IMG/VR virus record: IMGVR_UViG_3300021420_000017
Location: 64,001-128,000 of that record
Reading direction: 5' to 3' (one strand)
From: a virus
Length of the DNA: 64,000 bases
How positions within the stretch are numbered: position 1 is the first letter of the stretch; each line of letters begins with the position of its first letter. The notes under the pieces are model-generated. The model saw nothing but the letters and a program-made list of their open reading frames with translations, was not told the origin of the DNA and did not search any database. Position numbers and translations under genes: made by a program. Positions 27,489-34,712 of the stretch are shown here, in pieces.

Positions 27489-27982
27489 ACCATGAGTTCA
27501 AAGATTCCCCTGAATCGTTAGACCCTGTAGTGGCTCCCGCTGTTAAGTCAGCGATGCTGGAGACAGACCCTCCGGCTGTTCGTCGCAGACTTACTTTCTT
27601 CGTTCTATTGATCTTGGGTCTGCTCATCGTGATTTCTACGGGGGCCGCTGTAGTGGTGGTAGTCGACACCATCAAACTAGATACTTATACCTACTGCCAG
27701 GCGCATGTGAATAATTTAAATCGGTTGGTGGCAGATGACGACCGCAAAGTGAATGATGATCTCGCGCAAGCCAACAATGCATTGAACGAAGCCGACGCCG
27801 CCTTGTTTAAGGCTATTTTGGGCGCGCAGTCTCCACTCTCTCGCGAAGACTTCATTGCAGCATACGCGAGGTATACTCAAGCATATGCTGCATACCAATC
27901 AGAGTTGAGTATCTATACAACCGAGCGAGCTAACAATGATCGCATCCGTACTGCTAATCAGCTAACCAGCGGAAAGTGCTGA
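27485..27982 (+). CDS. membrane-anchored helical protein
   Basis: TM segment LTFFVLLILGLLIVISTGAAVVVVV; single Cys in the middle and one at the C-terminus. Confidence 0.65.
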   Translation: MNHEFKDSPESLDPVVAPAVKSAMLETDPPAVRRRLTFFVLLILGLLIVISTGAAVVVVVDTIKLDTYTYCQAHVNNLNRLVADDDRKVNDDLAQANNALNEADAALFKAILGAQSPLSREDFIAAYARYTQAYAAYQSELSIYTTERANNDRIRTANQLTSGKC

Positions 27983-27983
27983 G

Positions 27984-28820
27984 ATGGGTAATCACACCCC
28001 GGGAAACGATAACCTCTTCGGATTAGACGATGAGTCGCATCAGGATCCGGTAGTGCAGCCAGCGGTTACTGAGGCGATGCAGACGTCGAGAAGCGTATCC
28101 CACCGAAACGGAGGGCTGCGCGCGGCGATCATCGTTTTTATCGCGACCGCGCTGTTGATGTTCGGGGGCTATCTGCTTCTGCATGAGCAGACAGACTCGG
28201 TCAAGAGCGATCTCGCCTCCACTGAGCTACAGCTTGCGCAAACCCAGCAACAGCAGCAGGAAGACCACAAGGTCGCCGAGCAACTGGGTACCCAGCTACA
28301 GCAGCATGGGATTGCCCCCAGCGTCACCCCGAGCCCCGCCCCCACGCAGGTGGTGACCGGCGAGCGAGGGCCGGGCCCCACGACAGACCAGGTGGCCAAC
28401 GCCGTCTCGCTCTACTGCGCGGCTAACAGCAACTGCACCCCGCCAGCGGTGACACAGGCCCAGGTGGCGGCAGCGATCAATACCTACTGCGAAGCCAACG
28501 GGAAGTGCCAGGGGCCTGCCGGGGTCGTCGGCTCGCCCGGTCCGCAAGGGACACCCGGCCCGCAAGGCAATACCGGACCTGGGCCCAGTCCTACTCAAGT
28601 CGCGACTGCGGTGAGCGCCTACTGCGCGGCCAATAACGGTTGTGTTGGCCCCGTCGGCTCGACCGGACCTACGGGACCTCCTGGCCCCAGCGGAGTGACT
28701 GGGCCGCCTCCCAAGCAGTACACCGTGCGGGTCCCGGGAGTGTTGAGCACTCCCACTGAGACATGTAACCCCAATCCGTCCCCAGCCCCCTCAAATCAGC
28801 CCGCTTATACTTGTTCATAG
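27984..28820 (+). CDS. membrane-anchored protein with collagen-like G-X-Y repeats
   Basis: TM segment, coiled coil, repeated YCxANxxC modules and GPxGxP runs. Confidence 0.75.
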   Translation: MGNHTPGNDNLFGLDDESHQDPVVQPAVTEAMQTSRSVSHRNGGLRAAIIVFIATALLMFGGYLLLHEQTDSVKSDLASTELQLAQTQQQQQEDHKVAEQLGTQLQQHGIAPSVTPSPAPTQVVTGERGPGPTTDQVANAVSLYCAANSNCTPPAVTQAQVAAAINTYCEANGKCQGPAGVVGSPGPQGTPGPQGNTGPGPSPTQVATAVSAYCAANNGCVGPVGSTGPTGPPGPSGVTGPPPKQYTVRVPGVLSTPTETCNPNPSPAPSNQPAYTCS

Positions 28821-28824
28821 CCGC

Positions 28825-28859
28825 TGCCTCGTCTGTCCTCAGAGCACCTGAAGTAGTGA
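28825..28859 (+). promoter_or_regulatory. putative late promoter, copy 2
   Basis: TGCCT-N19-TGAAGTAGTGA. Confidence 0.75.
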
Positions 28860-28884
28860 AGAGCCCATCGGAAGAGGAGACGGC

Positions 28885-31800
28885 GTGATCCGCAAGCTGT
28901 CGCATGAGACATTGGGCTATCAGCGGCTTGCCCAGATCGGTGAAGTGTATCGCGCCTTCGGCCCGGGCGATGCGGTCATGACGATCGATGGACTGCCGGG
29001 CGAGATCACCGCCGTGCTCGACGGACCATTCCCGCAGACCGAGGAGTACGAGGTCGCCCTCAATGGCGGTGCCGGTGGTGGGCGATACACCGCTGGGCAG
29101 CTCCGGGCACTCGGCAGTCTGACTGGCTTGAGTGCGCTCGCGCTCGCCGTGGACTCCGACGATGAGCAGACCGGCTCGGGCGACACCAGTGACGACCTGA
29201 ACCCCTACGAGGCTACGGTCGGGCTGCACACCGCTGACCTGGATTACGCCGAGCTGCACGACATCCTGCACGAGCGGCGCCCGAACGAGAACATCCGGAT
29301 CTTCGCCTCGCGCACGGCCGCGCTGAACGAGCCCTTCGATGAGGAGTCTGACCCCAACGAGGCAATGGGCGAGACCAATGCCGACGGGGCCGAGCTGAAC
29401 AGGCTGGATCGCGCCGAGCAGCAGGGCAGTCAGCATCCGGCGGTCGAGGACATCGGCCAGCCCGATTCCTGCAGCTACTGCGGCAGTCCGGAGTTCGATG
29501 AGTTCACCAACACCGGGCGGGGCACGCGAGCCCGGTGTGCCCAGTGCGGGGCCACCATGACGAGCTGGGGCGGCCAGTGGCAGCCCGATCCGCCTAACTC
29601 GCCGGAGAATGCTGCCAGTCGTCAGGGCGACCCTCGGGCCACGATCAATGACCTCGGCGCGGTGAGGGGAACTCTTCAGGCCGACTTCGCCGCGCAAGTG
29701 ATGGCTCGGTATGAACTCCTGAGCACGGGTGATCCGGCCTTGTGTGCCATTGCGGCCAACCCGCATGCCGATGCGGTCGCGGCACTGCTGGGTATCCAGC
29801 ATACCGGTGATGGCCAGTTCCGGACCTTCACCCCCGATGAGCGTGAGCAGTTCTTCCAGACCCGGCAGGCTAATCTTGCTGATCCGGACCTGAACTTTCA
29901 CATGACCGCATCGTGGCGCGACGTGCGCGAGAAAGCCAAGCGAATCAAGGATTCAGGTGGAGTCCGCATCTTGGCTGCGAATAACTCCACGGTCGTGGGT
30001 GAGGTGCAGGGCGATACCGCACTGTACGAAAGTTCGTTGAACTATGTCCCTGGGACAAAGAAGATCGCCTACTGGGGATGTGGTTGCAAATGGGCTTCGT
30101 ATAGTTGGGGAAGAAGTCCTGCGTATCGTAGGTTTGAGGGCAGACAATGCTTCTTGCCCGGGACTCAGGTATCTCTGGCTGATGGCACCCGTAAGCCGAT
30201 TGAGCAGATAGCACCTGGCGACCGGGTGCTAACTCATGATGGAGTCGGTACGGTCCACAATCTATGGGAAAACGATTACTCCGGCGTGATCGTTGGGATT
30301 ACCAGGGCCGGGTCTCCTGATGTTGTGTGGGCTACTGAAGACCATGGTGTGCTCGCTAATATTGCTCCTCGTTTGTACCTAAATGATCTGGCTTCAACAC
30401 GTACCTACCGAAATCGGAAGGTACTTAACGACAAGTCACAGTGGAAGCGTACTGAGGCAGGACATCTCCAGGCTGGCGATTGGTTGATGGGTACCTATAC
30501 AGCCGAGACAACCACAGATTTAAGGGACTGGTCAGCAGCCTCATTGCACTCTGATCTTCAGGTACAAGGAGACCGTGTCGTCTTTGTCAGCTCTCCCCGG
30601 GCACTTCACCAGATAGGCAGAACTTACAATCGAGGCAGTGTTCCACTGAATCTGCAGTCTTCGGCCTTTGCCACCCTGTTGGGCTGGTATTTAGCGGAAG
30701 GTAGTGTGGCCGACTTTGACCGTAATGGCATCCCAAAGATCATCGAATGGACTTTGCATGCCGATGAGACTGAGTATGCCGATGAGATTCGAGCATCGCT
30801 ACGTGATCTGGGATGCGGAGAGCCGCGTTGGTACGGTCCTACCAAGAAGATTCAGAAGCAGACAATAAAGGTCAGCAATACAGCTCTCGCGTTAGTCCTT
30901 AGTCATTTGGCGGGAGTTGCTGCTCCAATCAAGCGACTCGATCAGAAGATCATGACGACAGAAGTGGCATTCCAGCAGGATCTGATGATTGCTTATCTAA
31001 AGGGCGATGGGTGGGAGTCTAAAGCTGGGACAGCCTCGCATGCTTTAGCCAAGCAACTTGTTACGCTAGGCGCAAGAACCTCCTCGTTCATTCCCAGGAT
31101 GTCGGTTCAGATCAATAATCGTGGTCCCCAGAATCGAGCGCCGGGTAACCCGTTCTACTCCGTTGAGACATCTGGGCTGTTCATGCAGGGGCGAGAACGA
31201 CTACAGGACAACTACTATGCAACGCGCATAAGCGCGGTCGAGCGCAGACAGTACTGCGGACCCGTCTACAATCTCAATGTTGATTACCAACACACTTACG
31301 CGGTAGATGACTTGGTTGTGTTTAACTGCAGTCATGTTACTGCATTGCAGTATGAAGCACAGAGTCGTGGTATGTTCGGGCGCGCCATCGACCATGACGA
31401 GGAGCGCCTGCCCGGGCAATATCAGCGCAGTCCCGTCACGGTGGAGTACGACCGGTCCCGGGAGAAGAACCTCAACCGGCGCTCGGTGCCGCCGGGAAAC
31501 ATGCGCCGGACGTTCGGCTCGCACCTGGTCACAGCGGCGCTGAGTTTCACCCACCACGGCGACCCGGTGGATGCCGACCAGCATGGCGACCTGATGAACC
31601 GCGAGGGCACCCAGGGTCGCATCACCGCCCATGACGAGGATGGCAACGAGGTCGGCGAGATCCACTATGCGCTGCACCCGCACCACGACCAGGAGGGTGG
31701 GCTCATTCGCTCTGAGGTCACCGGTGGCCACGGCCCGCATCTGTTCTCCGCGCTGGAGGACCACCTGCGCGAGCGGGGTCTGGCGCAGGGTATCTGGAGC

Positions 31801-33792
31801 CACGACGACGAGGGCCATGATCAGGCTCATCAGATGGGCCTGACGCCGCACTACGCGATGCTGACTCCGCTGTCTCCGATCCAGGTCTTCGCTATGGTGA
31901 TGGTCGAGTCGCAGGACGAGCCCGAGGCCATCTTCAGCATGCTCGCGGGCTATGGCGTCACCGGTGAGCCTGCTCTGAGCCTGGTCTCCCAGGCTGCGGC
32001 GGTCGACACGGGCGACGATGACGGCGGCGGCGTGATGCCCGGCGATGACATCCCGCGTATTCAACTCCGCGACCAGACCGAGCAGAAGAAGAAGCCGGGC
32101 CACGAACTGCACCACACCAACGACTCGCGCATGCACGCGCCCGACTTCGGCAAGGACGTGCCCAACTTCGGTCATCTCGTGTGGTGCGACCAGTGCGCGG
32201 GCAGCGGCTGTGGTCACTGCGGCGGTACCGGCCAGGTCGTGCCCGCGCTGGCTCCGGCTGCTGGCCCGGGAGTCGGGGATATGAGCGCGACCACCAGTCC
32301 GGAGTCTGATGAGAGCCAGGATGCGGGCTCGGACATCACCAGCGGTGGCTTCGACAACACCGGCATACTGCGCCAGGCTGACTACACCGCTGATTCGTTC
32401 CTGACCGGACCTCCGGCGCAGAACTACCAAGCCGAGACTCCGCACTCGAACTCACCTAACCCCGGTTCGACTGGTTGGGGCACCTCAGCCGACCCGGTGG
32501 GCTGGGAAGCTCCGATCATCGGGAACGACTTTTCCAACTTCACCTACACCGGGAAGGCCGAGGGTCAGCCGAGCTTCGATCCGCCGACGGTCTCTGGAGT
32601 CGCACTCAAGGCAGCCGATACCGGCCGGGTCTGGATGCAACAGCGCAGTCTGGAGGACGAGAACGATCCAGCTCGCGGTACCTGGGAGATGCCAGGCGGC
32701 CATCATGAGCCGGGCGATCTCACGAGTCTTCATGCCGGTATCCGAGAGTTTGAAGAGGAGACCGGGCACCCATTCCCCGAGGGTGGCCATCTGAGCCACA
32801 CGTGGCGCTCTGGTCCCTACCTCGGTCATGTCGTCGTTGTGCCGTCCGAGTCAGCGCTGGACATGTCCAAGGGGCGTCAGACAGTAAATCCGGATGACCC
32901 AGGGGGCGATCATCACGAGCAGGGCGCCTGGTGGGATCCGGATGACGCGAAGAAGAACCCGGCACTTCGCGCGGAGTTGAAGAAGGCCAGTCCCTTCGAC
33001 GGGATCAAGAAGGCTGCTGTCTTCCTGACCCTGGATCGAGCGCGTGAGGTCGCGCGTCAGGAGGAGCTGCGCACTGGTAAAACCTTCGAGCAACTACTGC
33101 GCGAGCGCGTGGCTCAGCAAGAGGCTTATTTCGCGATCCTGCATGACGAGCCTGAGCCCGCGCTGCCTCAGACCGATGGCGCGACCGATGAGGATGCTGA
33201 TCTGTCGGCCGCCCTGGCCCAACCCGGAGAGAACGACACCGATCCCAAGGGTGACATCGGCAGCATCCCGGGCGGCATGATGCTCTCAGCTCAGCCCGAC
33301 CAGCCTTGGGGCTACTCCAGTCCAGACCCGTGGGCTGCGCCGGGCACCGGTGGGTCGGCTGATGTCGATACCCCCGAAGACTCGAACACGATGAATGCAC
33401 CGTTTCACAATGAGGCGTCCCTCATTCGAGATGACATGAGTGACGACGAGGTCATTGCGGCCTTCCAGTCCACTGCGGCGGCTCGTGCTCTTGCCGCAGA
33501 GTCCGATACAGGACCGCAGAGCGATCGAGCAGCGGCAATGGCGGGTGCGACCAGGGCACCGAAGCAGGGCGACTACTCTGACTCGCAGATTGCGGCAGCG
33601 GCCCAGACAGTCCTCCAGAAGGCCGCGATGAAGGACTTCAGCTTTGCCGAGCAGCAGGAGTTGATCAGCGAGGGAGCGAACAGCGGCGTGCGGGCTCGCA
33701 ACTTCGGCGACCTCAAGATCGCAGGCACCCACTACGAGCACCTAGATACAAATAGCGCACTCATTGACGATGATCAGTTCCTCCTCGCGTAA
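28885..33792 (+). CDS. 1635-aa multidomain head protein (SWIM-like Zn finger split by an intein; DnaJ-like Zn finger; NUDIX hydrolase)
   Basis: WGCGCKW...[intein]...CSH; CDQC..GCGHCGGTG; GGHHEPGDLTSLHAGIREFEEETG. Confidence 0.85.
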   Translation: MIRKLSHETLGYQRLAQIGEVYRAFGPGDAVMTIDGLPGEITAVLDGPFPQTEEYEVALNGGAGGGRYTAGQLRALGSLTGLSALALAVDSDDEQTGSGDTSDDLNPYEATVGLHTADLDYAELHDILHERRPNENIRIFASRTAALNEPFDEESDPNEAMGETNADGAELNRLDRAEQQGSQHPAVEDIGQPDSCSYCGSPEFDEFTNTGRGTRARCAQCGATMTSWGGQWQPDPPNSPENAASRQGDPRATINDLGAVRGTLQADFAAQVMARYELLSTGDPALCAIAANPHADAVAALLGIQHTGDGQFRTFTPDEREQFFQTRQANLADPDLNFHMTASWRDVREKAKRIKDSGGVRILAANNSTVVGEVQGDTALYESSLNYVPGTKKIAYWGCGCKWASYSWGRSPAYRRFEGRQCFLPGTQVSLADGTRKPIEQIAPGDRVLTHDGVGTVHNLWENDYSGVIVGITRAGSPDVVWATEDHGVLANIAPRLYLNDLASTRTYRNRKVLNDKSQWKRTEAGHLQAGDWLMGTYTAETTTDLRDWSAASLHSDLQVQGDRVVFVSSPRALHQIGRTYNRGSVPLNLQSSAFATLLGWYLAEGSVADFDRNGIPKIIEWTLHADETEYADEIRASLRDLGCGEPRWYGPTKKIQKQTIKVSNTALALVLSHLAGVAAPIKRLDQKIMTTEVAFQQDLMIAYLKGDGWESKAGTASHALAKQLVTLGARTSSFIPRMSVQINNRGPQNRAPGNPFYSVETSGLFMQGRERLQDNYYATRISAVERRQYCGPVYNLNVDYQHTYAVDDLVVFNCSHVTALQYEAQSRGMFGRAIDHDEERLPGQYQRSPVTVEYDRSREKNLNRRSVPPGNMRRTFGSHLVTAALSFTHHGDPVDADQHGDLMNREGTQGRITAHDEDGNEVGEIHYALHPHHDQEGGLIRSEVTGGHGPHLFSALEDHLRERGLAQGIWSHDDEGHDQAHQMGLTPHYAMLTPLSPIQVFAMVMVESQDEPEAIFSMLAGYGVTGEPALSLVSQAAAVDTGDDDGGGVMPGDDIPRIQLRDQTEQKKKPGHELHHTNDSRMHAPDFGKDVPNFGHLVWCDQCAGSGCGHCGGTGQVVPALAPAAGPGVGDMSATTSPESDESQDAGSDITSGGFDNTGILRQADYTADSFLTGPPAQNYQAETPHSNSPNPGSTGWGTSADPVGWEAPIIGNDFSNFTYTGKAEGQPSFDPPTVSGVALKAADTGRVWMQQRSLEDENDPARGTWEMPGGHHEPGDLTSLHAGIREFEEETGHPFPEGGHLSHTWRSGPYLGHVVVVPSESALDMSKGRQTVNPDDPGGDHHEQGAWWDPDDAKKNPALRAELKKASPFDGIKKAAVFLTLDRAREVARQEELRTGKTFEQLLRERVAQQEAYFAILHDEPEPALPQTDGATDEDADLSAALAQPGENDTDPKGDIGSIPGGMMLSAQPDQPWGYSSPDPWAAPGTGGSADVDTPEDSNTMNAPFHNEASLIRDDMSDDEVIAAFQSTAAARALAAESDTGPQSDRAAAMAGATRAPKQGDYSDSQIAAAAQTVLQKAAMKDFSFAEQQELISEGANSGVRARNFGDLKIAGTHYEHLDTNSALIDDDQFLLA
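30148..31326 (+). mobile_element. intein with LAGLIDADG-type endonuclease (393 aa)
   Basis: Begins CFLPGTQVSLADGTRKPIEQI; has WATEDH; LLGWYLAEGS and AYLKGDG motifs; ends VYNLNVDYQHTYAVDDLVVFN followed by Cys+1. Confidence 0.92.
32590..32990 (+). other. NUDIX hydrolase domain inside the 1635-aa protein (approximate limits)
   Basis: Intact NUDIX box Gx5Ex7REFEEETG, preceded by VALKAADTGRVWMQQRS. Confidence 0.85.
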
Positions 33793-33800
33793 GGACCCCC

Positions 33801-34193
33801 ATGACTCAGCCTGAATCGCCGCTGCTCAACGCAGCCCAGTTCCCTCTCACCTCGCCCGTGGAGCTGGTGCAGCTAGAGGCCGAGATCAATAGCGTGGTGG
33901 GCGCAGGGGTGACCGGCTTCGCTCTGACGGGTCCGGCCGATCCCAGTCAGCCGATTAGCACGACCAATCAGGCCATTCTCTGGGTCAGTCCGGCCAATCT
34001 TGATCTGGCTTCGATCGGCACCGTCGTGGACTCGCATTCGCCGAATGAGCCGACGCAGACCCCCTTCATGGACCTGCTCGTCAAGCTCGCGGCCGAGCCC
34101 GATGCCGCACTCACTGAGGACGAGAAAGACCTCCTGCTACGCGGGACCGCGCAGCTCGCGCACCGATTGATTGCCGGTCGGCCGATTCTCTAG
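33801..34193 (+). CDS. hypothetical virion-region protein
   Basis: RBS AAGGA, 130 aa. Confidence 0.7.
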   Translation: MTQPESPLLNAAQFPLTSPVELVQLEAEINSVVGAGVTGFALTGPADPSQPISTTNQAILWVSPANLDLASIGTVVDSHSPNEPTQTPFMDLLVKLAAEPDAALTEDEKDLLLRGTAQLAHRLIAGRPIL

Positions 34194-34206
34194 GAGTTGG
34201 ATTCGC

Positions 34207-34278
34207 ATGCAGGCTCTTATCATCGTTATCGCACTACTTTTCGGGATCGGTTTGCTTGCAGCGATGGTGGCGGGATGA
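34207..34278 (+). CDS. 23-aa hydrophobic micro-protein
   Basis: AGGAG 10 nt upstream; MQALIIVIALLFGIGLLAAMVAG*. Confidence 0.5.
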   Translation: MQALIIVIALLFGIGLLAAMVAG

Positions 34279-34285
34279 CGCGCTG

Positions 34286-34597
34286 ATGCGTCCCCAGGCC
34301 TGGGTGATCGAGGAGCGCGAGGACAACACCTACAGCGTCCTGCGCGCGGGCAAGCTGATCGCGACAGGTCTGCGCTCGACCGCCAACGCGGTGGCTTTCG
34401 TTCGTGCCCGCCATCGGCCGGGCGAGCGGATCTATCACGCCGAGCCCGATGGCTACCGCAACGAGATCACCGCCCAGATCGTCGGGCCCCGTGCTACCCC
34501 GGCGGTGACTCATCTGTCCACCGCCGACTACTGGCGCCTGCGCACTGCACGCTTGCGCAAAGCCCGTCATGAGCGGGAAGAGCCCGGCTCGTCCTGA
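34286..34597 (+). CDS. hypothetical protein
   Basis: MRPQAWVIEE..., GC-rich codon usage. Confidence 0.6.
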   Translation: MRPQAWVIEEREDNTYSVLRAGKLIATGLRSTANAVAFVRARHRPGERIYHAEPDGYRNEITAQIVGPRATPAVTHLSTADYWRLRTARLRKARHEREEPGSS

Positions 34598-34598
34598 C

Positions 34599-34633
34599 TG
34601 CCTGATCCCGGCCTGGAACGCCTGAAGTAGTGA
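34599..34633 (+). promoter_or_regulatory. putative late promoter, copy 3
   Basis: TGCCT-N19-TGAAGTAGTGA. Confidence 0.75.
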
Positions 34634-34712
34634 GGCGTCCGGGAAAGGGGTCGGTGTGTTTCGTGTGTTCGGTTCAGCCCAAGTGCTGTCCGTGGCGCGG
34701 GGTCAGATCCCG

